A DNA stretch of 64,000 nucleotides from NCBI GenBank assembly GCA_038496445.1, contig JALMLS010000097.1:124001-188000 (forward strand), written 5' to 3'. The stretch is from Trichosphaerium sp. ATCC 40318 (Eukaryota; Protista; Tubulinea). The notes under the pieces were generated by a model, which was not told where the DNA came from, ran no database searches, and saw only the letters and a program-made list of their open reading frames with translations. How positions within the stretch are numbered: position 1 is the stretch's first letter; every line of letters starts with the position of its first letter. The position numbers were made by a program, and so were the translations under genes. Of the stretch, positions 51,525 through 62,909 are shown piece by piece.

Positions 51525-52829
51525 CAGTACTGGAATCGGGATTTTGACCCGTACTAAACCCGTACAGAACCCGTACTTTTGACCCGTACTTAACCCGTAC
51601 GGGTTCCGTACTTTTGACCCGTACAAAACCCGTACAGAACCCGTACTTTTGACCCGTACTTAACCCGTACAGGTTCCATATTGTTGTCCCGTACTCTACC
51701 CGTACGGGTTATGTACGGAATCCGTACGGGTAGAGTACAATTAAATAGTATGAAAAATTGTAATTATTGGATACAGAATATACTCCTTTTTTTTCCATAC
51801 AATGTATGTGTACACATATATCACATGTGTGCCAAAACCACAACCATCAGTATATACTTGCAATCAAAAAAAAAATTTGGCCATCAAATTTTGTTTGGAT
51901 TTGGCAATCAAAAAATCCAAAAAAAAATTACTGCAATTAAATGGCAGCTTGTAATCGTAAGGTACAAAAACATGTATTATTAATAGATGAGGGTGTTTTA
52001 AGGTTATTAGGGCATTTACTTAAAAAGTAGAGGAGAAAACTTAATAAAGTGCAAAATGTAGCTTTTTGCTGAATTTTGTTGTTTTATTGAATAACTTTGG
52101 TCTGACTGTACGAACTGCTCAGAAAATGTAGCATTAGGTATATTTAGGTACGATGCATGGTTTCATGATGGTTTGGGGATCAGCTCACCATTTTTAGGCA
52201 AAAACGACAGAAAATATGTATTTGGAGTAGTTTAAGGCTATTATGGCCTAATAGCTCTATTAAACCACTTTTTAAAGGCGATTATGGGTTTCAAGCATTT
52301 TTCTGAAATAGTCGTTAAGTTGTGGATATTAAGTTGGGTTTTAGGACAATTAAGGCATGATGTCTAAAATATCTCCTCAAACAGGTCAAAAACATGGTCG
52401 TTTAGTGGTAATGGGGTTGTAATGTAATGTAATGTATTGTAATGTAAATGTACTTGTAATAGTTAAGAAAACAATAAACCAATCCATCGTTTTTACTATT
52501 TTGTGTACACAATTATAACTGCCGACACATATTTTGACCTGTACCTAACCCGTACGGGTTCCGTACTTTTGACCCGTACAAAACCCGTACGGAACCCGTA
52601 CTTTTGACCCGTACTCTATCCGTACGGAACCCGTACTTTTGACCCGTACTCAACCCGTATGGAACCTGTACTTTTGACCCGTACTCTACCCGTACGGGTT
52701 CCGTACTTTTGACCCGGATTAAACCCGTACGTAACCCGTACTTCCGACTCGTACAAAACCCGTACGGGATCCGTACTTTTTGACCCGTACTCTACCCGTA
52801 CATTATCCGTACTCCCGATTTTACTACTG
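51525..52829 (+). mobile_element. Non-autonomous DNA transposon (element A, about 1.3 kb) with imperfect TIRs and subterminal CCCGTAC arrays
   Basis: Ends CAGTACTGGAATCGGGA / revcomp CAGTAGTAAAATCGGGA; flanked by CA on both sides (possible 2-bp TSD); arrays at 51548-51735 and 52537-52813; no coding capacity. Confidence 0.8.
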
Positions 52830-52892
52830 CATAGAACTTTAAGTTAAATATTTATTGAGCTGTTTTTGTTCTCACTATGCAACAAACATATG

Positions 52893-52936
52893 ACAGTATT
52901 GGAATTGGAATTTTGACCTGTACTCTACCCATACAT
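52893..52936 (+). mobile_element. Old degenerate left end of the element A family
   Basis: CAGTATTGGAATTGGAATTTTGACCTGTACTCTACCCATAC aligns with the left end of A; all three CpGs mutated. Confidence 0.7.
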
Positions 52937-52950
52937 ACAGGATGTAAAGA

Positions 52951-53714
52951 CAGGGCTGAAACTCAGCAAGGCATTTTCATCAACTAATGCCTAGTTTTTG
53001 CATTCAAAAGGCAAATACAGGCACTTATATTTGATGAAAAATGCTTGCATTTGGTATATTTTAAGTAAATTTTATTGGAAAAAAAAAATATGCCTTCAAA
53101 TAAGCCATAACTCATGCAAAAGGCTTTTTTAACCAATTGAAGTGTGCAATAACTCTCCAATGGATTAGTATTTCTATCACTCTCATCTTGTTGTTACTAA
53201 TAGTTAGACTAGTTAATGGTTGGTGTGCTGTGGGCTGGTTGGAATGACAAACTCTTTACTAATAAGGAAAAACAAATTCATATAGAGAATTCTCAATGTG
53301 AATAACTACCAAATAAAAACAAATTTATAAAAGTTGGATGTTATTGGAATTTATTTGGATGGCTGATTTTAAGGATATATGGGACAATTGGAGAGTTGGT
53401 TTACCACCATCTGATTTTCCCTTCTTTACCTTCTATCAACCCCCAAAATACTTATATTAACAAACAGCTTAGTGCACTAACCCACCCAAATGTAGGTCAA
53501 GTAGACAAAGACATAAACTATTATTCATAAAAAAGCTCAGACAAATGTGATGCAGATCTCTATTTTGAGCTATGAAACATATGTAAAAAAAAGCACAAGT
53601 GGTTATTTTCATCCACAACACAATAAACCTCCTTTTTTATTAAAAAAAAAAGCATAACTCTAGCATCAATGCCTTATTTTGAAGGCAAAAAGACATCATT
53701 GTCATAAAGTACTG
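52951..53714. repeat. Degenerate repeat family 2, copy 1 (probable TE relic with AGGCAT/AAGCAT motifs)
   Basis: Blocks shared with 54700-55140 (TAGTTAGACTAGTT..GGTGTGCTGTGGGC; AATTCTCAATGTGA). Confidence 0.55.
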
Positions 53715-53722
53715 TAATCAGG

Positions 53723-54397
53723 ACCTAATGCTACATTTTCTGAGCAGTTCGTACAGTCAGACCAAAGTTATTCAATAAAACAACAAAATTCAGCAAAAAG
53801 CTACATTTTGCACTTTATTAAGTTTTCTCCTCTACTTTTTAAGTAAATGCCCTAATAACCTTAAAACACCCTCATCTATTAATAATACATGTTTTTGTAC
53901 CTTACGATTACAAGCTGCCATTTAATTGCAGTAATTTTTTTTTGGATTTTTTGATTGCCAAATCCAAACAAAATTTGATGGCCAAATTTTTTTTTTGATT
54001 GCAAGTGTATACTGATGGTTGTGGTTTTGGCACACATGTGATATATGTGTACACATACATTGTATGGAAAAAGAGGAGTATATTCTGTATCCAATTTTTC
54101 ATATTATTTAATTGTACTCTACCCGTACGGATCCCGTATGTAACCCGTACGGGTAGAGTACGGGTCAACAATACGGAACCCGTACGGGTTAAGTACGGGT
54201 CAAAAGTACGGGTTCCGTACGGGTTTAGTACGGGTCAAAAGTACGGAACCCGTACGGGTTAAGTACGGGTCAAAAGTACGGGTTCCGTACGGGTTTAGTA
54301 CGGGTCAAAAGTACGGAACCCGTACGGGTTAAGTACGGGTCAAAAGTACGGGTTCCGTACGGGTTTAGTACGGGTCAAAATCCCGATTCCAGTACTG
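53723..54397 (-). mobile_element. Truncated second copy of element A (element C), inverted
   Basis: Near-identical reverse complement of 51525-52139, including the terminus; perfect 70-bp tandem units at 54181-54380. Confidence 0.88.
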
Positions 54398-54699
54398 TAT
54401 ACAATATACGGATTTTCATTTGGTAAAAAAAGTATTTGAACTTTACAAACATGGGTAGCAGTTTGTACCTTAGTATTTAAAGCATAGCTTTTGTCATAGT
54501 TTGCCTTTGATTTATGTTCACGTTTATACCAAAGCCATTTGCTAAAACAGACACTTGTTTGATAAGGACAGGTTTGGTTCCAAAAGAATAAAATTCTACA
54601 AAAAACTTCATTAAGCCCATGGTCACCAAACAATATTCTTTTGAAGTATAAGTGTGAACACTCTGGCTTTCTTAACCAAGTGAAGCGTGCAACAACTCC

Positions 54700-55395
54700 C
54701 TAGTGGAATAATATTTCTGTCACTCTCACCTTACTATTGCTAGTAGTTAGACTAGTTTATGGTGTGCTGTGGGCAACAAAATCTACAATTTTCATAGCCA
54801 AAAGCTGGCTTTGCACAGTTAGCCTGTAATGTGAAAATCCCACCTACTCACATGTAAAGTGTCTGATATTGTCAAACAACACATTCAAACCAGATCAACC
54901 TCTTATTCTTCAAAAAATGATCAATCTAGGTTGGAAAGTCAAGTTTTATTCTGCATCAACAAAATATATTGGTGGCTCAATATTGATAATTCTCAATGTG
55001 AGGAATACCTTGATGAAAAGTTTATTCAAGTTTGTATGTAAAGTTACATGGAAAGATTGGGGTGTTGGATTACTACTCCTGCCAGATCCTCCTCCTTTAC
55101 CATCTTCACCAAAAAACTTGTATATTAAGTCTATTACATACTAACTCCTAACAAGTAAAACCTAAAAGAAAAAACATGGCTACTACTCAAACTATGAAAG
55201 CTCAGCCTTTTTGCCAATCTTGCCTTATCATAAACTTAAACAAGAACTTACCTAATTAGGCAAAAATCTCTAATCCAATAATTGTCTAAATGCTTGAATC
55301 CAGTACATAAACAAGGCATTTAATCCTCCAAATGCTGAGCATAAATCAAGCATTATTCAGGTATAATGCAGGCATAAAATAAGGCATCAAACTTG
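54700..55395. repeat. Degenerate repeat family 2, copy 2
   Basis: Direct-orientation similarity to 53170-53460; AAGGCAT/AGCAT cluster at 55310-55390. Confidence 0.55.
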
Positions 55396-55468
55396 TATTT
55401 GTGATACAACATTAACAATTAAAAAACAAAAGTTCCAAAGTATTGTTGTAATTGTGATCACCTTTGTA

Positions 55469-57040
55469 TTACATGTAGTTTGCCTTTGCCATGTATATAA
55501 GTGTATTTGGGTGCTGCGGTTCGAATGAGCTAGGTTTCATTAGAAAGCTTAGATTCCCACAAATCTGAATATAAAGTATCAACTCTGGTATGTCTGGACC
55601 ATAAAGAGGCTTTGAAGTTGTTGGCAATGGTGGATATATCAGGAATGGACAAACCACCTAATTGGAAGGGTAAGCAAGTACAAGCTCCTAAAAAAGACCT
55701 ATAAGTATGAGTACTGTTATATACTTTAGCAACATTATTTATACTATCATAATACCCATAAAATAGAAACCAATTGACTATATTCCGCCATTGTTTATCA
55801 ATGAAGGGAGGTATAGTCAATGGCCTAGCAAAATATAATATTTGTGATTGTGCATCCCCACATAAACGATACCCAGTTTATATCAACCAACTTCATGTTT
55901 TTGCCATTTTACCTTACTTTAACAGTTTTGTTGGAAACAACACCATTAATCCTCTGCCACTTGACTTTGAAGCTGGTTGACTACAGCTTCAGCAATATTT
56001 TTGGAAACACCAATATGCATGAGAACAAGTATTAGTACATTGTGAGCACAACTATCAAAAGCCTTTTTGTTGTCTAATGGACACAAAGAAAGTGGGGTGC
56101 ATGATTTTTGGAGTGATTCCACAATTTCTAGTGTAGCTATTTGATTATCAACTATGTCTCAACTTGGAATAAAACCATTTTGGTTAGAACTGATAATGTT
56201 GGGTAGAAATTTAAGCATCCTGTTATTGATAACCTTCATAAAAATGTTGTAATCATTATTAAGTAGGACTATAAGTCTATAATTGTCCAACAGACTGGGA
56301 TCACCTTTTTTGTAAAAAGAACATATAATGCCTCTTCCAAACCACTCATGGGGATTGCCATCAATAATGTCATTAAAAAGAGGACTTAAATGAGCAATGG
56401 ATTGACTTAAGTCTTTATAAAGACACATTCCCACACCATTTGGGCCAGGAGCTTTGTTGGATGGCATGCTTTTTATAGCAGTAAGTATTTCTTTAATTGT
56501 AATAGTAGCTGACATATTGGTGGAAATTTTGTCTTTGCAGTATACTTAGGAATTCATTCATGGCACCTTCATTACCCAAGGAGCATACAAGTTTTTTTTG
56601 TAATAAAGAAGGCCTTTGTTGAGCATACTTGAGAGTCTTGCATCATTGGGATGGTTTTCAGAACGTCTTAACTCCTTAATCTGCTGTGAGGCTTGTTTGC
56701 CCTTCATACCTTAGTGAGATAGGGCAAGAGTGTCTCTTCGTTAGTAACACGCCAAAATTTATTGCACGACTTTAAAAACAATTTTTGGTTTTGCTTGACA
56801 TTGCTGACAAGCACCAGCTTGAGTTCATGATAGTCAGACAGCAATATGTTCATATTATCAAGTGCATCCTTCAGAACAGGGGATACATGTGACTTTTTCC
56901 ATGTTACAGGATTAAGTTGCCACAGTTTTCGTTGTTTATAGCGCATTGTAAAGGTAACTAAAAGTGTACAGTGATCGGCACCTGGTAAACATACCGAGTG
57001 GACACATTTAATTTTGGATAACCATTATAGACGAAAGAGT
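55469..57040 (-). pseudogene. Decayed L1/Tx1-type non-LTR retrotransposon ORF2 (endonuclease end, partial RT, post-RT region)
   Basis: ADH (SDH) motif at about 56970; EILTAIKSMPSNKAPGPNG, YKKGDPSLLDNYRLIVLLNNDY, IISSNQNGFIPS*DIVDN, LDNKKAFDS, GGLSIPD; stops and frameshifts. Confidence 0.9.
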
Positions 57041-57573
57041 AGTACCCTTAACCTTGTAAAAAGAAGAGTTGTCTGGAGGAGCTTCATTTAAAGACATAAC
57101 TTGTAGTGAATTAAGCATATAGAAATATGAGCTTAAGAGCCAATGGCTGTAACAATTTCTTATGTCAGACTGGCCATAAATCAGAATCCTGATTACAGTA
57201 TTGTGTTTTAACAAAGAAACACCATTACATGAAAGTACAATGGCAATAAACCAATGTTTGGCCTTACATTTGTATTTAAATTGCTCATCATGATTCAATT
57301 TGCTTGAAAAGGAAAAACAGATGGTTTTTAAAAAACTTAATCACTGGCATAGTTTGGTTCAAAGTTATATCAAATATATGCTTCAAATGAACCTTATCAT
57401 GAGAGAACAAGCCACTTCAATGGTTAGAAAACTAACCAAGTTTGAAAGTAATGCAATTTTATAGATTTGTCAAAGTAATTAAAAGGATAAATGAAATAAT
57501 TTTATTAAACAACAAAGGCAAACAGCTACCAACTAATTACACTGAGTAAATAGGTAAAATGCTTACAGCATCT

Positions 57574-58655
57574 TTACAATACAATACACATCCCACGCTT
57601 TTTCCTCTTGCTGTTGAAAAGAACAGATTTAACCTATTGAGAGAAGATGGTTATTTTTAACTATAAAGCAATTGGTAGAGTAAATAACGTACTGCCTCAT
57701 CAAAAACCATTTTCAAATTTTCCTCTGTCTTAGCAGAGCACTCCAAATATTTAACGGCCTTGATTCGTTTGGCAAGGTCCTCTCCCTTTTGTGTGGTGAT
57801 TGGGCTGCTGCCGCTTACTTTGAGTTTCTCCAAGGTGGAAGGATCATTGCGTAAATCCAATTTAGTGCCCACCAACAAGTATGGCACGTCAGGTGAAAAG
57901 TGCATGAGCTCTGGGTACCACTAAACAAAGGGTCACTAAAAAAGGCAATACGATCCCTCCCTTTACGCGATAATAATAAAAAAACACGGTTTTCGTTTTT
58001 TTTGTGCAATTGTGACACACCCACGCGAAAAACGTCATCCCAAACACTTCAACAGCGTACCTTCTCTTGCACGTTCTCGTGCGATACTGGATTTACGACG
58101 GAAAAACAAATGAGAAATACGTTAGCGTTCTATCGCAAAACGTCAGGACATGCATTGAATAATAATGTAGTGTGCAATAAACGTACCGCGTACGATAGTG
58201 GACGCAATCTATCATATTCCTCTTGACCTATAGAGCAGTTATAGGCCAAATACATACAACACCAATTAAATGAGTACCTGCTGTATCCCAGAGACCCAAT
58301 TCAATCGTCTGATCGCCGGCACTCAAGTTTACTACGTAATTATCGCTACAAACGGTCAACTGTACGATCGCGTTGCTCAAGGCTTCCAAAAAAAACGAGA
58401 CAGGCCACAAAACGGATAAAGTGTAACGTACAATACGGTAGGTACCTAAACGTAGATGTTAGAAACATAGCCAATACATAAGTAAACAGAATAAAAAGTA
58501 CACGTACATAATCTTCTGGGAAGCGGTTATTTGCGTATGCAATAAGGAGGCAGCTACGCTTTCAGTAAGGTCACGCAAAAACTATAAAAAAATCCGTACG
58601 TCTTTCCTACTGCTCCGTCGCCAACGACAACTAATTTTATGGAGGTTGTTGTCAT
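57574..58655 (-). CDS. racC: Rho-family GTPase, RacC orthologue (8 exons)
   Basis: [80 protein letters not shown]..CIVL (CAAX); matches my recollection of Dictyostelium RacC. Confidence 0.93.
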
Positions 58656-58960
58656 TTGTGAGTACTATTGTACAAAGTGCGGTTTTTGTTTTAGGCTAAC
58701 GAGACCAATCGCGACTGAATAAAATAGAATTTCTCAACTAAATTGCAACTCAGTTTTACTAATGCATGCAAAACGAGGAGGTAGTTGTCTCGAAAAATGT
58801 TGGTAATACCTTTGAGTAGGATGGGCGCAAGGCACGTTTCACGTGTGTTTTATTTACAATTGCAATTGAATAACAACAGCTGACAAACAGGTGTTGCAAT
58901 GGATGCATAATGCACCCATCTATGTATATACATTTTATATTTGCCTGTAGCAAATCTATA

Positions 58961-60446
58961 TTAGGACACTACGCGTGTGGGTGATTCTGGAGGTGAGTTA
59001 GCCTCACGAAACTTTTGTACAAGTTTCATATTGAAATAAGCTATTTTGGAATTTTTGTATGTTTTCTCCTTGATTGGTGTACCTCCTAAAATCGCCTTAA
59101 ATGGATGTGCTATAAAGCCTTCAAAGTACCTGGACTGCGTGAAATGTTATCTACACGGCGTAGCGCTACACCAAGGCCAGGAGAGGATGTGGTTTTTACA
59201 TTTTGTACATTTGCAGTTTTATTTTCCTTGTTGTTGTTACTGTTATCACATCTCCTTAATCCACCCGTTTTTAAGCCTATCACGGGTCAGTGACTGCAAT
59301 GATTGTGGTGCACAAAGTACCTGTTTTCCTAAGCGAGAAAATAGGATTGGTTGAAGGTTTCGTTGTCTCTGAGGGTGAAAACTGTCAATCACACAAGCTT
59401 ATCTTAGAAGTCGTACCTTTTTTAACTGGCACAGACGTCTTGCGCAGTTTAACAGACTAGAGGAACGAAGTTAGGTAAGATTTTCACGGAGAGGCATACC
59501 AATATCTGATTTAGCGAAACGACAGGACTAGCAGGTGCATCTTCAGTACGCGTTGGTGCTCGAGTGGTGGTTCTTTTTTTCTTGAGTTTAAAAGTACGCA
59601 GCTTGAGTAGAGAAGCTGGAGGTGGTGGTGGAGGTGGAGGCGGCGCAGCACACACAGGAGGTGGCGGCGGTGATTTTGTGACGACAGGTGCTTTACAAAC
59701 CAGTGAGCCTCCTAACAAACAAATATATAAATTGAAGCTACTTACCTGATGCTGCAATTCCACTAATGGTGTTTCTTCTTTGACGGTTTGGACTTTGCTG
59801 CCGTGGCGAGACTCTACGCTTCAACCACTTTATAGATTTTTTGTATTTTACATTTTGCTGCAACTACTATCAATAAAATGTTTTAAAACGACTTCAAAGT
59901 ACCCTCTTAAGTTTTGCGAGATCCTTTTGCATCTTTTCAACGCTCTCTCGCAATTTGTCAGTGGCTTGAACGCGCGATCGGCGTGGAACGATCACATTGA
60001 GCATTGATGATACGTACATGGCTGCCTAAAAGTTGTTAGTGTCACACACGCAAAAGTATCGGTTAAAAGTGAGAAATAAGTTTGGTGCTATGTTTGTCAC
60101 CAAATCATCTAAATATAAGCAGTACCGCTAAGGCTGAGGTTTGTATTGACATGTAAGCAACTGCGCAACCTCTACACGCCATATAAAATGGCGACATGAA
60201 AAGTGAAGTGTATATGTAAGCACATTGTGCTAACGGTTTCCATATAGAACGTCTACGCTGTTTTGCTGGGTTCTACACCATCAGTCAAAATCAGAAAATG
60301 TGTAGACTGCATACAATTGTTCCCACTGCCCTTACTGCTGGTGTCCTGGTACCACTTACTGAAGAGGCTCTTGGTCTCGTGGATGTGGATGACATTTGAG
60401 TTTGCCTCGGTATTCTTGTAGATCGCGCTCTGTGAGACCTTTGCAT
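58961..60446 (-). CDS. PRR11/MTFR1-like proline-rich protein
   Basis: Coiled coil, poly-Pro, VSLNQILSVKLRKT, LRRVDNISRSPGGTP..KLVQKFREANSP; start uncertain. Confidence 0.65.
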
Positions 60447-60574
60447 TTGTGCTAACACCAAGAAAACGCAACAAAAGTTTTGAGGACTTTTAAGCCGAAT
60501 TGAAGAGGTAGTTAAGTGTAAATTCGCCCATACCCTCAAAGCATGCTATTCGTGCAGTGACGACTTTATATAGG

Positions 60575-62615
60575 ATGAATCCCACTAATTATAAGCTTGC
60601 TGGCGCGATTGTAGAGAAGACGTATGTTGAGCAAGCTAAACAAGCGAGAAAACAGATGGAGCGCAAAGTAACGGTGCTGTTGTCGCAGGTACACGATTTG
60701 GTGTCAGGTTTTGTTAACGCTCATCACAATTTTAGCGTGCGCTGCCAATAGAAGGCTGGAGTGATTCCACCATTGAATACTTTCTAAACGAACTTTCAAT
60801 GATGGACAGCAACAATTTCTTGCGTAAGTGTATGTAGTAGTTGCGTGTTCTAAGCGTACCGAAGAAAATGTCGGAGGCGGAGAGCGGGAGGGCAGAATTT
60901 ACAGCACAATTGTAAGGACGCGCCATTACGGACTCAGTCACGGCATAGGCCGCAGTGGAGATATTAAAGCTGTACAACCCAAGGCTGCTGGCTCGTCCTT
61001 GCTGTACGCTTTGACGAATATGCTAGCGTGCAATGCGCTCAAGATTGCAGGTATATAATTATAAATCCGTGACATTTGTGACACTTGGTCTTTTTCATTT
61101 AATTTTGCGTGTGTTGACGTTATATTTCGGGTACAAGCATTGTAAGGCTGCTCTCGTATTGCCTTTATCGACTGGCATGGCTCTTGCGTTGACGTTGAGA
61201 ACGTGTCGAGATACTAGACCAAGTTCAGGCCTTGTTTTGTGGATGAGAATCGATCAGAAGTCCGCCTTAAAGTGTATTCAAGCTGCAGGTTTAGAGGCAG
61301 TTGTAGTGCTTGGAAAACTAGAAGGAGATCAGGTGCGTCTAAATACATTCAGTTGTGCGCATATAGACTGATGAGGTCTATTCAGATAGTGAGTGATATA
61401 GATGCACTAAGAGCTGCCATCACAACACATGGCGCTCAAAAAATTACTGCTGTGTTGTCTAATTCAAGTTGCTTTGCTCCACGAGGGTGTGATGCGTATG
61501 TAATCCCTAGCTTACTGTTGTTGTTGGGATATTCACGTTACCCGGTAGATTGAGTGCAATCGGTGCAGTTTGCAAGGAGTTTGATATTCCTCACATTGTA
61601 AATAACGCCTACGGTGTACAATCTTCATGGATTATGCACCAAATAGACCAAGCTTCAAGGTATCTTGTTTTGATTAAAACTCTGTCACACCAAACCAACG
61701 GTCTTTCCTAGGAAAACGCGAATAGATGCCATTATTCAAAGCACTGACAAAAACTTTATGGTGCCTGTGGGCGGTAGTGTTGTAAGTAGTCCAACCAAGG
61801 CCATGCCAGACGCTATTGCCAAGACTTATTCAGGTACCTTCTTTTAGCGTGTCACGTGTATGTTGTTGCGGTATTTGACGTGTGTGCACCTTGTAGGTAG
61901 AGCCAGTGCCAGTCCTATTGTAGATTTGTTCATTACACTACTGAGTATGGGCGCCAATGGCTTTAAAAAGGTAAAAACAGTCCCTTCTTTACATTGGTTT
62001 AATGTGAAGCCACTGACACACCTTTCTTGTTTTAGTTACTAGCGGATAGAACAGCAGTGTACAAATACTTGCAGGAAAAACTAGGCAAGCTAGCAACACA
62101 ACATGGAGAGCGGCTACTCTTGACACGTGCTAATCCAATATCTATTGGCGTTACGCTTAACACGTGCAAGCAACCGACGTACTTGGGATCGATGCTGTTT
62201 AGACGTTGTATAACAGGCATAAGGTACTCGACCTGCATTTATCATTTTTGTGTTAACAATATCGTCAAAACAAGGGTCGTGGTGCCAGGCACAGAGAAGC
62301 AAATAGGCAATCTTGAATTTAATAATTGGGGTGCATCTGTACGTCTAGACCAACCACTCGTCTTGTTCTTTTTGCTGAATCTATGCGCATTAGACTGGCC
62401 CAAAGGCGTACCCGCACGCCTACTTGACTGTTGCAGCTGCAATTGGCATGACATTGGCTGTGCGTAGTCTTACGATGTAACGGGAACGCTAATGCAATAA
62501 GTAGGAGGTGGACACAGTGGTTGAGCGACTAGCTAAAGCCTGGACAGATGCCAACAACAAGCCTGAACCCAAAAAGGATAAGAAACCCTCGCCCGACGTC
62601 GGTACCAAAAAATAA
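60575..62615 (+). CDS. SEPSECS: O-phosphoseryl-tRNA(Sec) selenium transferase
   Basis: [78 protein letters not shown]. Confidence 0.97.
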
Positions 62616-62909
62616 CACTTCGCTGATTGCGTAAATATACGTATAGCATTTGTGAGCCCGTGTCAAACCTACTTTCTCCAGTTTGATATTCAATGATATT
62701 CATTATCCAACAAAAAGTCAAGCCTCAACTGGCTTTATGATGCTTTGATTGTTCAGTAGAACCAATAAATAGTTGTCTATTAATTTACCATCGTTTTTGG
62801 GTGTGTGACTTAACAAGGTGGAAAAAGTTGCCAGTTTTCATTACTTGGCCACTGAGTTGACGCGAAAAGTGTTGTTAGTAGCTAAAAATCTGCTGTTCCG
62901 GCTCGTAGC

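Noticed and set aside
54120-54380. CRISPR-like palindromic repeat array (also 51548-51735 and 52537-52813)
   Set aside because: No unique spacers, no cas genes, eukaryotic context; these are transposon subterminal tandem repeats
51681-54633. ORFs 51681-51983, 53879-54094, 53908-54171, 53999-54262 and 54340-54633
   Set aside because: Chance frames through the repeat; the two copies differ by a frameshifting indel and show no transposase motifs
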